Assembly (NCBI GenBank): GCA_002269645.1
Contig: NIVC01001701.1
Coordinates: forward strand, 31,899 to 95,898
DNA: 64,000 nt
Direction of reading: 5' to 3'
From: Macrostomum lignano
Taxonomy: Eukaryota
Below, piece by piece: positions 1 through 11,411 of the stretch. The notes beneath the pieces are model-generated. The model had not been told where the DNA came from. It did no database searches and saw only the letters and a program-made list of their open reading frames with translations. Numbering within the stretch: the first letter of the stretch is position 1; the number at the start of each line of letters is the position of its first letter. A program made the translations under genes and the position numbers.

Positions 1-699
1 TCAGCTATGAAGCAACTCTGTCAAAATAGAATCGGACTTTGCGGCCCGACCAGTCAGGCTATTTGAGTCTGTGCGTGTAAAAGGATGGAGAAAAATAAAT
101 TTTATCAATACTTGTAGATCCCAAAAGCAAAGTCAGAATGAGCTGATTTTGCACAGATAACTTTCCCCTGTTCAGGCTTTCATTGGATTACTTTGTTATC
201 GCGAATTCTCCCAGGAGAAGTTGACTAAAAGTGCATTATCAAATTGAACTAGAGTTTTTCTAAATTGAAGCTTGATCTGTCAATATTGATTTTAGATTTC
301 GAGTGCCCGACCATAGTGTCAATATTGAAGAGGAGTTTGTCGGTTTCAAAGTACTCCTTGTTCAAAATCGAGGGTAAAATGGTGTATTTCAACAAGGAGT
401 ACAAAACATTTTGAATCTTTTTCTCAGCAACCAAGTCAGCGGATTAAACCTAATCTTTGCTTTGAAAATCCATGTAACAGTCCTTGAAAACAAACAAAGT
501 TCACCGTCCGCATTACTCACACGTCATGTCTGTACCGGAGAGGCGGAATGCCCTAATTTGTGGCCCTGACAGAGCGGCGCAGTGGCTCTTCAGGCTCCGC
601 AAGATCTGATGCCGCCAACTCATCGCCGGCCAGAGCCGCTTGGGCCGCCAGTTGGACGTCTTCGGCTTCAGCAGTGGACTGCTGCGACGGCACTGATCA

Positions 700-1790
700 C
701 AGCTCCCGGCGATTGCGAATCAGCTCCCTGTCGCTTTGAGTCAGCAGTTGATAGGTGCGGCGCTCCGGGTCAGCTTGCGTCACAACAGCTGGCTCCCATC
801 TGAAACCGTGCCGAAAACAAACTGCATCTCCCCGATTCAGTGTTGAGAGCGGTCGGGCTTGCTGGTCGTAGTGCCGTTTTTGAGCAGCCTGCAGCGGGGC
901 TTTGGAGAATCCGGTTGTTTAGTCTTTGAGCAGTGCCTCCTCACCCGCTGGCAGCTTCGTCCGAATCAACCGACCGAACATGAGCTCGAACATGAGCTCG
1001 CTGGGGCTGGTGCTCGTACCGCTAATTGGCGAAGCTCGATATTCCATTAGCGCAATTTCGGACCGATTGGCTTTCCTCAGGATGTTCTTTGCCACCTTGA
1101 CTGCCTTCTCAGCCATTCGTTGGACTGCGGGTATCCGGGTGACGAGCGCGTGTGCACGAAACCAAACTGTGCAGCAAACTCTTGAAACTTAAACGAGCTG
1201 AATGGGGGCCCATTGTCACTGACCAGCTCTTCGACGATACCGAACCTGGCGAACATTGACTTAATTCGAGCAATCACCAGGTCAGCTCCAGACTGTTGAC
1301 CTAATTTGTTCGATCCAGTTGCTGTAATAGCAGCTGGTAACGACTAGCCACTTGTCGCCATTGAAGTCCAGCAGATCACAACCAACCTTGGTCCATGGTG
1401 CATTCGGAATCTGATGGTTCAACAGCGGTTCCTTTGGGTTGGCCGGCTGAAACGTCTGACATGCGCCGCAGTGCTTCACGAAGTTCTTAATGCCCTCTGA
1501 CATGCCTAGCCAGTACAGAATTTGAAGCCTCCGTATTGCCCGCGCCAGCATGACCGTGGTATAAAATTGGCAGAATCTTCTGCCGCAACGATGCTGGAAC
1601 AATAACGCGATCCAACTTCATCAGCACGCCATCATTGTTGGTCAAGTCCTCCTTGAAACTCCAATACTGACGGACAGAGTGGCAAATGTTCCGAAAGTTA
1701 CTTGGCCAACCCGCCTGAACCAACCGGGCTACAGCCCTCAAGTCTGAATAGTAGTAGGAAAATGGTACAGTCTGGTGCACGTCCACGTCC
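700..1790 (-). mobile_element. Degraded Ty3/gypsy LTR-retrotransposon pol fragment (integrase zinc finger, core and C-terminus), frameshifted
   Basis: Consecutive minus-strand frames give LYHGHAG, YWLGMSEGIKNFVKHCGACQ (HHCC zinc finger), PWTKVGCDLLDF, ELVSDNGPPFSS..F (DDE core), SPGYPQSN, and ALMEYRASP..SPSELMF..GRLIRTKLP. These motifs are typical of K02A2.6-like gypsy integrases. They are spread over several frames, so the copy is non-functional. Confidence 0.9.
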
Positions 1791-1914
1791 AGGAGCCAAT
1801 CAGCGAGGAGGAGCCAATCAGCGAGGAGGAGCCAATCAGCGAGGAGGAGCCAATCAGCGAGGAGGAGCCAATCAGCGAGGAGGAGCCAATCAGCAAGGAG
1901 GAGCCAATCAGCGA
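1791..1914 (+). repeat. 18-bp tandem repeat (GGAGCCAATCAGCGAGGA), about 7 copies
   Basis: Read directly; it abuts the gypsy pol remnant. Confidence 0.95.
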
Positions 1915-4900
1915 TGGGGAGCCCCCTGGATGTGGTTGAGTGTCCATTGGTTAAGTGTCCTCTACTCATGCGTTTCAAGAACGATGTGATTGATCAAAAG
2001 GGCCCGTTTCAGCAAAGGGTCCGATTGCTTGGAGTTTCCGAGTGGAAGAGATATTATTGGTCGAGAAAGCATTTAGAAGTAATTTCCTCGGAATTTCCTA
2101 GCAATGCGAGGGAGGGATTCTACTGGTCGAGGGGCCCCTGGTGGTCCCAGTACTGGGATTTGTTTGGTCAAAACACCCAGCGTCAGAAGGGGTCCAGGAC
2201 CCTTTGATGAGGACGCACTTTTTCCCAAATCCCGCGCTAGCACATGGGCTCTAAACTTACTTGCCTACTAACAGTGGGCAAGGGGCATTTTTATCCTTTT
2301 TCTGCGGATAGTCATAGAATCAATACTAGATATAATGTCTGGCCATACTAGTAGTCATAATAACATAGGCATAGCTTTTGGGGTCATAAATCATCGCTTT
2401 CGAAGCTGGTCTGACAGCCACCTGCGCCTCACTCAGTGTTGAGGCGGGCGCCAGATGGTCTGAGAGGATGCGGGCGGTAGCTTTTTTCTCATCATTTTGA
2501 CAGGCCATCAAGATTTATGAGGTCAAAGCCTATTGTTCGTGTTCACTCAAGCGTGTGACAGCTTTGACAGCTATGCGTTTTACCCCTAAAAGTACTTTGG
2601 GATTAGCGATTAGCAATTTCTCTTCATTATCTTCACTTTCTATTTAATAAGAGCTTTCTAATGTATATTTTTTCATTAATTTCTGTCAATCCTACGCGAA
2701 AAGTCATAAATCATTTTGTTGCGATTTTGAGTGATTTATGGCCGCACCTGTCATCTTTTTACGACCCTGTGGGAACTGATAGGATCTCTCGGTCACGTGA
2801 TTCTGGGTAGCAACAAGCTTAGCCAATCAGAAAATTCGGCGCTCATTTTAACAAAACGGCTCAGCCAATCAGAATCGACGTGTTCCATTATAACAAACTG
2901 CGGTCCAGTTGGCGGCTATTTAAACCGAAGTTTTTGGCCCGCTCGGACCCCAACTTTCCGGACCTGGTGCCCGGAGCTCTCACTCTTGCTCGGGCCCAGC
3001 ACGCAACTTCTGGTTCCCGGAGCGCGACCGTCGTTTCTTGATCCCCGGATTGCGACTTCCCCCCATCATCATCAAGGACGAATCCCCCGGTCGTCAGCAG
3101 CGAACATCAAGCGAAGATCACCACCTGCTAGCTATCAGCGAAGATTGTGTCAGCATCATCCCGAGTCTACAGCTGCGAAGCATCGAGCCGATTCGGTCAC
3201 TGTGGATTTCCTGGTCTCCGGCTGTTGAGTTTCTGATTGGTTGGGTGAGAGGCTACCTAGACTTGCTTGGTCGGGTGATTCCCTATCTGTCCCCTGTTTC
3301 AGTAGCTGGATTAGGCGCACACTTTTGCTCATTTTGTTCAGTAGTGCTGTTGCTGAGGCAGAAATCATTCAATAATACTGCTAGTAGTCTAAACTCCAAT
3401 TCAATCTGAAGTGTGAAGTGATCTAAGGAGAAGGTTAAATCTAACAGTTATTTTTATCGGTTTTATTTCTTTGTTCGCCGATGGCTCAGATGAGTAGCTA
3501 AGCTAGTAGGCGCTACTCGCAGTGGACCAATGGCAAGGCGGTTCTCAGTCGATCAATCTATCAAACTAGTGAGCAAAACTGCCAGAAGTGCAGAATCGGC
3601 GCCAGAGATGTACTTTGTGCACTCTAGGTTAGCCAAGCGGCTCGGGTAATGAATCATGCGGTCTCTGAAGTTCGAGTTAGTCTATCATCAGCGCTATGAG
3701 AGGCTAGTTAGCGCGTTGAAGGCCAAAAGTACATATCTTCGTATTTAGCAATGTAATAGTACATGTAGCTACCCCATAGACTCGCCACTGCAAGAATCCC
3801 CTGCACAAGTCCCCTCTGTACCTGCATGGCCAATGCGATCTAGTCCCAGCAGTGTCCCAGCTATGACTTCGAGATTGACAGCAAAAAGACACTAGTTGGC
3901 AGGTAAGTGCAAAGCCCCTTCTAGTCGGAAGCCCGATTTCGAGAGTCCCGGTGTGGTGAGCCAGGACGCACGGGCTGGTGGCAGCGAGTTAGCTTAGTCT
4001 GCGGATTAGCTAATTTCTACCTTCAAAATTCTCCCTGCTTGTCTCTCGCTGTCCCTCTCTTAGCTATAGGACCTAGACTGCTCGCCACACGATCAAGCTA
4101 CCATGGGGCTGACCATCTGACAGGAGTGGGGGGCCAGGACTCTAATTGATTTATTTCTGAGGCCTGAGGCCCGAAGGCATCCTCACAAGGGGCCTGAAAG
4201 GTCGAAACCCATCACCTTTATAAACACAGCACCTTGCGCTCGCTATGCTTCATGCCATTTTTTTTAAATGACAAATATTTATGATGGCGTTCATATGGTT
4301 ATCGCATCAGCCTGGTACCAGACACACGGACAATCAGTATTCGAAAGTGTTTCAAGTCTGGCGAGGATCATCGGCCCGATCTGCCCGGCATGGAGCTCAC
4401 CATCCATCGATTCCGACACCTGGCCAGCTTGAAACAGCGCTTGGAGGAGTTCGCTGACAGGAAACTCGATGTGCAATGCCTTCTGGGTGGCAACAGGCAA
4501 GTGCATGGTGGTCCAAGATGGTGCAATCTCACTCTGGTGTCTTCCAACAGTGCTCGGTCTGTGTCGGAGCTGACAGTGCCTCTTCAGTTTTCCACATTAA
4601 GTTTAGCGCAAGAGAGGCAAACGCCAATGCAGAAAGTGAAAAAAAAGAAATGTTTTAAAGTGACATTTACGCAGGAGATGGTGAGCACCTCTTGATATTG
4701 TTTGCTGCACCACAGACGGATGAAAATAACATGACCCACTGCTTTTCCGCTTAAAATATACTACAGTTAGGCAGGAACGCTAACCTTATGGTTATGCAGA
4801 GTTTAAGGTACGTAGATACGAGCGTATCATCGTGACTGCATTGGCACCACCGAGTCAAAAGCTTGAGCGTGTGTGCAATATACTAGTAGCTCAGTAGCTG

Positions 4901-5211
4901 TCAGAAGCACTCAAATATTGATTAGAAGATTTTAACAAAGGGAAGTGATCTTTACAGTCATACATTGGCCATAAGAAGTTAGTATCAGACATTGAACCTA
5001 AGTATGGAAACATTGCACAATAACGGTAAACGAAAAACATTTGTTTTTTTGTTTCAAAATTACATGTGTACTGGTAACAAACGCAGAAGGAGTAAATAAG
5101 ACTCTTTTTGCTTTCCTAACACATCAACAGAGTTATCATCTGCAGTGACATTTTGCAAGCAACTGCCTGAGTATTGATAAATCAAAGTTCAGAACAATTT
5201 TGCTATAGCTC

Positions 5212-5408
<197 letters not shown>

Positions 5409-6400
5409 GGCGAGGTGGCGAGCTGAGCGAGGCGGTTGATGCGCGAAGGCAGCCAGGCGGATAGGATTAATAAGCGGGTGCAATGTCTGGGCCGGAGGCC
5501 GCCGGCGTGGAGGAGCATCGGGTGCACCCGAATCTGGCGACAGAGGGGTGAACTTGCGATCCGACTGGAAACTTGAACTCCCCGAATAGCTCTAACACAA
5601 CCAAGGCAAAACATTCGAGTCTGAGCTAACCTCCCCCAGCCGGAGCAACCATGCAGCTGGATGTATAATGAGTTACAAAGCAAAATGATAAGTAGCCTAC
5701 CGTGATATCGTGTGTAAGCCCTTAGAAATAAACACGCGCCTCGGCGTTATAGCTCGTGTCTGCCCTCTGCAGCCCATCAATATTGGTATATCATATTTTA
5801 TGTCCGCAAATTAGCGGGCAGAAAATGACATTAACTGCCCGGTAATTTACGGGAAGTTTAATAAGAGTTTCACATACGAGCTCTAATTGCGAAAAGCTTC
5901 GTTTTCATCAAATGAAAGTGTCTTGTAGTGATCCGCTAGTTTGGTGTTAGGCGTCGCACTATTGTCAGCAGCTTCCCTCGCCCTCGCCCTCGCCCTGGGT
6001 TGCTGTCTGCCGCTGGGCAGCTTCCTCCCTTTTTGGCCAACTGGCCAACAACCGCAGCAACCCCCAGCCCAGTGTAAACACTGCCCCCCCCGGAAAACCG
6101 GGCCGAGAGCGAGAATGCCGCCCAGGTCGCGGCCCCGCCCTCGACCATGGAGACCATCCGGGAGGAGCCCATGGAACTGGAGCCTGGAGCCATTGGCGAG
6201 GCGGAAGAGGCAGCTCTCCTGCACAACTCGCCTTGAGCCGGCAGGAAGCTGCGCGGACCACTCGTGGAATCCCCAGAAGACTTGGTCTCGAAGCTTTCGT
6301 TACAAAGAAAGACTGCTCAGGTTAACCCAATATATTCTAAGAGAGAATTCCAATCAAAACTCGACACACTTGATAGGATTCCCCGGATTCCCAAGCTGTT

Positions 6401-6868
6401 TGTTGTTTTGCATCACTGCCTGTTGTTTTGCATCACTGCCTGTTGTTTTGCGTCACTGCCTGTTGTTTTGCATCACTGCCTGTTGTTTTGCGTCACTGCC
6501 TGTTGTTTTGCATCACTGCCTGTTGTTTTGCGTCACTGCCTGTTGTTTTGCATCACTGCCTGTTGTTTTGCATCACTGCCTGTTGTTTTGCATCACTGCC
6601 TGTTGTTTTGCATCACTGCCTGTTGTTTTGCATCACTGCCTGTTGTTTTGCAAAACTGCCTGTTGTTTTGCATCACTGCCTGTTGTTTTGCAAAACTGCC
6701 TGTTGTTTTGCATCACTGCCTGTTGTTTTGCATCACTGCCTGTTGTTTTGCATCACTGCCTGTTGTTTTGCATCACTGCCTGTTGTTTTGCAAAACTGCC
6801 TGTTGTTTTGCATCACTGCCTGTTGTTTTGCATCACTGCCTGTTGTTTTGCATCACTGCCTGTTGTTT
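6401..6868 (+). repeat. 20-bp minisatellite TGTTGTTTTGCATCACTGCC, about 23 copies
   Basis: Read directly; CATC, CGTC and CAAA variants occur. Confidence 0.97.
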
Positions 6869-7047
6869 CATAGAACAAACATTTTCCCAGCCTCTTGACA
6901 CGCCAAGAATAGACAATAGTTAAAAAGCTGGAAGCTGAGGATTTGCCAAGCCAGTCAGTTGGCTGCATCACTAGCGGGTGTATTTCCACTTCTGTGCTTC
7001 GATGCGTTCAAACAAAACGAGCCGACGCTCTCAGCAGGCCGCCCGCG

Positions 7048-7817
7048 TCACGGCGTGTCGGACCGCTTGCCGAACCTGCAAATTGCAGCGGTGCGAGATT
7101 GTTGCTGAGGATCTCGGGATCACCCATAGCTCGGGGCATTCGAGTTCTCCAGCTCTTCCCGCCCACACCGCCACTGAGGCGTCAAGCTACAGAGGCGGAG
7201 GCTGAATGCTGTGCTGAGCACAGGCAAAGCAGCAGAGTCTGCTATTGTTTCTGGTGCAGCTTCTGACGAGCGCGTCTGGTCGTATCTGGTTTTTTGTCTC
7301 AATCCTTTTCTCAAATATCCTCTTTCTAGCTGACTCAGCCGTAAATATCTCCCTGCCAACTCATGGGTAAAATGAGAGTTTTAGGGCCGGGGAACCTACT
7401 GCTACATTTCCATGTACACCCCTCAAAGACCAGGGCCGCAGAGCTTTCTTCCCTGCTTCAACTGGCCAAAGCAGCACCCTAAGCATCAAGAGCGCTGCTA
7501 TCAAGACACATCCAATTCACCTCTAGATTACTCAACCAGCCCTGCACTTCAACTCAAAGTAACATCTTAAATTTCCGCACAAACCAGTGGCTCACCTGGG
7601 CCGAGCGATGAGGCTCATGTAGCTGCGCAGGTTCTTCAGGTATTCCTTGAACTCCAGCTCCGCGGGCCGGCTTCTGCACGCGGTCGCTCGGGTCGCTCAG
7701 CTGCTCGCGTTTGTCCCAGGCCGGGCTGGCCCCACCGCCCGAGGCCTGCAGCAGCACCAGCAGGTGCACGAGTCCCAGCAGGATGAGGGCCCTGGAACCG
7801 GTTGTCAATGCCGACAT
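7048..7817 (-). CDS. npf: Neuropeptide Y/F (NPF) precursor, 2 coding exons, with a 1-nt frameshift in the present sequence
   Basis: Exon 1 (7817-7596) encodes a signal peptide MSALTTGSRALILLGLVHLLVLLQASGG.., then a KR site and EQLSDPSDRVQKPA. After a frameshift it reads AELEFKEYLKNLRSYMSLIARP-AG|gtgag. The intron is 7595-7076 (tttgcag acceptor). Exon 2 (7075-7048) is G TTC GGC AAG CGG TCC GAC ACG CCG TGA, giving RPRF-G-KR. The YL..L..Y...RPRFG motif and the intron within the last Arg codon are hallmarks of NPY/NPF genes. Confidence 0.9.
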
Positions 7818-7925
7818 TGCTCAGAAGGTTCTTAACGAATTAGGAGAGAAGGTTCCGGACTTCCGAATCTCTGTTGCGGGGCTGTAGTTTGGAGGGCTGC
7901 AGCGGCGGTAACGGGTTGCACCAGC

Positions 7926-7970
7926 TTTAAATACCTGTGCACTTCCCCGCGCTTGTGCGCAGCCAATCGG
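7926..7970 (-). promoter_or_regulatory. Putative NPF core promoter (TATTTAAA box, with a CCAAT box upstream)
   Basis: The minus strand reads TATTTAAA at about 7926-7933, roughly 110 nt upstream of the ATG. AGCCAATCGG lies at 7961-7970. Confidence 0.5.
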
Positions 7971-8091
7971 AAATTCTCGTTAAATATTTAATAACGGGAA
8001 AAGCATTTTCAGCCTCGCTCGCTTCCTTAATTTTCCAATCTGGAAGCTGTTTGCGACATTGCGACGCCATTGCTACACCAGACTCAGCTAA

Positions 8092-8478
8092 TGGCTGGAC
8101 CAGACTTAACTAATGGCTGGACCAGACTTAACTAATGGCTGGACCAGACTTAACTAATTGCTGGACCAGACTTAACTAATTGCTGGACCAGACTTAACTA
8201 ATTGCTGGACCAGACTTAACTAATGGCTGGACCAGACTTAACTAATGATTGAACCAGACTTAACTATAATGGCTGAACCAGACTTAACTAATTGTTGAAC
8301 CAGACTTAACTAATGGCTGGACCAGACTTAACTAATGGTTGAACCAGACTTAACTAATGGCTGGACCAGACTTAACTAATGGCTGGACCAGACTTAACTA
8401 ATGGCTGGACCAGACTTAACTAATGGCAGGACCAGACTTAACTAATGGCTGGACCAGACTTAACTAATGGCTGGACCA
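8092..8478 (+). repeat. 22-bp minisatellite TGGCTGGACCAGACTTAACTAA, about 17 copies
   Basis: Read directly. Confidence 0.95.
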
Positions 8479-8818
8479 GTCTTATAGTTAATTGCTGGTC
8501 GAGACTTGGCTAAATTGATAAAATTTGAGTAACGGACTCGCAGCGTTGAACTCATCTGGACTGCTATGCAACACCAGCAACACAATATATAAGTTGTAAG
8601 CCAGTCACGCAAGTCTGAGAGGCAGACAACGGACTGGCATGCTATTGGCAAGCCGGGAAGCCTTTAGCGAGAGTGATCGAGCAGTGCATTTTTGCCTTTG
8701 AGGATGAGATAAACTGAAAATGTAAGCGTGCAATGTCCTATAAAGCATTGAAATACAATATAGTTTTGGGCGAGCCAGGATTGCATGGTCGGGTTCCTCA
8801 TAGTTCGGAATTTGACAT

Positions 8819-9705
8819 TGTCACGTTATTGGCGTAGCGGCCAGCTATGCGATGACCCTTAAAAGGGCCGTTTTAGTCCCAAAATAAGTTGAAGTCAATT
8901 CTTGTAAAGCGGATTTTGTAGCGGAGCACTTGGCGATAAAGGCAGGAACTGCCGTAGTTGTCTTTATTGTTAATGTCAGTATTAAGTTTGGTTGTTACTG
9001 GCAATAAACAGACTATAGCTTTCTGGGCACTGGCGGCTGCAACAATGGGTTGAATATAATTTGGATATGAAGTCAAGTGGCAGGCGAATGACACAATGGC
9101 GACGTGACGTGAGCAGTGGCTATGAGCACAGTGAAGGCAGTGAAACGTAGTGGCGAGTTTGGCGTCGGTCGTGGCGTGAGACAGTCAAGCAAGTGTGTGA
9201 GCAGGCTGGCCCAGACAGAGGGGCCGTGGTGAGAAATAAGGAGGCTCGAGGCAGCCAGACAAACAGATAAGACAGCTAAGAGGCAGCAGGGAAGGAAACA
9301 AGGAACAAGGCTAGGCAAGCCAGACCGGACGGAGGACAAGCCTAGGGAGAGAGAACACAGAACACAAGAACAGGGACAAGCAGGGAGTGAGGAGTGCCTG
9401 CCGCCAGGCGGGGGGTTTAATAAAAGAGCGCAGAGGGGGGTAGCGCGAGCACGAGTGATTTCATTGGCTGGCGAGAGAACTTAAAATTATCGATCGTGCC
9501 AATTTTATACGGTCGCGAGAGAGGATAGCAAAATATACAGTGAATTAGAAATTGCCACAAAATCGTTGGGCACTACTACAAGTAAACGTCGCAATAAACG
9601 AATGGAAAAGTTTAGTTGAAACGGTGAAACTGAAGGGTTGAATGACTATGGAGAACAGCAGTCCAACGGCCCTTTTCGGGACCACCTTAAACTGACAACG
9701 TCACA
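8819..9705. mobile_element. Solo-LTR-like element (TG...CA) with 4-bp TSD ACAT
   Basis: The termini TGTCACGTT and AACGTCACA are inverted with 1 mismatch. ACAT occurs at 8815-8818 and 9706-9709. A 12-bp subterminal inverted repeat lies at 8861-8872 and 9665-9676. Confidence 0.75.
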
Positions 9706-11411
9706 ACATGGCCGAAATGAAGAAGTTTTGAGCTGTGGAAATGGTTGGCTCGGGAGTATTTGGTGATTTCGAGCCTGTGAAATTTTGAGGTGGTTATCAA
9801 AAGATTAAACTCTGTTTTCGACAGTGTACATGACATACAGCCAGTTTAAGGAGAATTAGTTCAATACTGAAGTACAACACATCTACAGTGTACTCGATCA
9901 GTACATGCATTTCCATTCCCGTGCATCGCGCACGCCCCTGCACACTCGAAGCTCGCACTACTGCAGATATTCAAGGTAATGCCAAGGAACTGCGAGCTCT
10001 TGCTAAATGAAATTAGGCCGCAAAATGTGCATAGTGTAACGTACAAAGTGCAGTTGGAAAACTCATTATTTGTGGCTTTAAAATGAGACTGAGCAAGAAT
10101 AATGCCGGGTTTTTGCGTTAAGGATTTTGATGAATAATTACATAGTTCTTTGGCCGTGTAACTTCTTAATATCGCTTAGAGTCTTTATGAAGGTCTCTGA
10201 AGAAAATATGGCTCACAGCTTCATCTCGGCTAGATGTACATTTCGGCTATTTTTGTGCAATAGCTGTCATTAAGCTGTCATTTATATTACAAACAGATAT
10301 GCAAGTTTATATTTGTCATGATCCCTTTGGAATCGAGCATTTTCGGGAATAAAATAGCTGCTGACAAATACCCAAAACCATGTTTACAATATTTTACTGC
10401 GTTTGATCAATCAAGATTACATGTAGTAACGAGCACATGCAATGTATGCGTAAAGAGCATTTGAGCAGTGCACTGATCAAAGACGCCTATTGGCGCAACT
10501 GCAGACAATGACCACCCTTGTCTCACGGCGCTAGCTTCTATAGGTATTAGACTCAGTGTCTCATGCAACTACCATTCCATCAATAAGCGCGCAGTCAAGA
10601 GACACACATGCCATACATGTACATGTTACATATCATGATGTACATGTAGTAGGAGTACCATATTCCATATCTGATTATAAGCCTGCAACGACGTTTTATG
10701 TCGCGTTCTCGCGCAGCAGCTCTGCAAGATCTCTTCTCATTATCGTAGCTTTTATAGTGAATTGATTTTTTGGAGTACATGTAGATGGCAGTGGTGGTGA
10801 ACAACAGCGCCTACATTGAGAATAGTAAGAATTAAAACTCTTGGATGTAAGAAGCTAAAATCCACGAAAAAGAAGCAAACTGAAATATTTCTTTTTGCCC
10901 GACGTTGATCGTTCCAACGGCAACAAGACGATCTGCTAAAAACAATAGCAAAAAGTTCCTGTTCTGACTGATGCAAGTAAATACAAGCAATTTAATTTGA
11001 AAATGAAATATTAATTTTAATTTTTTTACCAAGCCGGACTGACTTGATGTTTAAATAAATGCTAAGATATAGTGCAAAGTATCGGATGAAGATTAATAAT
11101 ATCAAAAGTACAAGTTTGCTTTATGTAACATCCATACCCCACTAGCATCATCGAAGTCGTTTTTTGTTCTTCCCGGCGTAAAATATATCAGGCGCACCTT
11201 TTTAAAACCGTGCTCATTGGCCGTTGAACTTTCAAACATCTCTTAACTTTTCTTCTTAACAATCCAAACTGTGGTGAATCACTCACTGAAATGTCAATAT
11301 TGTCCGTATAAAATTTCCATTCAAGCAAGATCTACACATTGATATATAACAAATCTAAACCGTGTAGCTATTTAAAGTTTTAAATCAAGTGAAGTGCCTC
11401 AAATTTCCAAA

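Noticed and set aside
249-434. Minus-strand AT-rich 61-aa ORF
   Set aside because: No recognisable homology and no consistent exon structure within the window.
4155-4212. Hammerhead-ribozyme-like string (..GGCCTGAAAGGTCGAAAC)
   Set aside because: A stem II and GAAA are present, but the CUGANGA core is not adjacent to the stem.
4282-4695. Open frame of about 135 codons (..MELTIHRFRHLASLKQRLEEF..)
   Set aside because: I recognise no domain or convincing splice partner; it is probably a TE fragment and cannot be supported as a gene.
6978-7205. CRTACRTCKLQRC resembling a nuclear-receptor zinc finger
   Set aside because: This is the antisense reading of NPF exon 2, and the rest of the C4 finger is absent.
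7554-7600. AQVSHWFVRKF resembling homeodomain helix 3
   Set aside because: It is read-through into the NPF intron (AG|GTGAG donor) in the wrong frame.
6401-8478. Regular direct repeats resembling CRISPR arrays
   Set aside because: There are no unique spacers or cas genes, and the context is eukaryotic; these are head-to-tail minisatellites.
10540-10745. FYVAFSRSSSARSL resembling the PIF1/Helitron helicase motif YVALSR
   Set aside because: It is a single short motif with the neighbouring motifs out of frame, too weak to call a Helitron.
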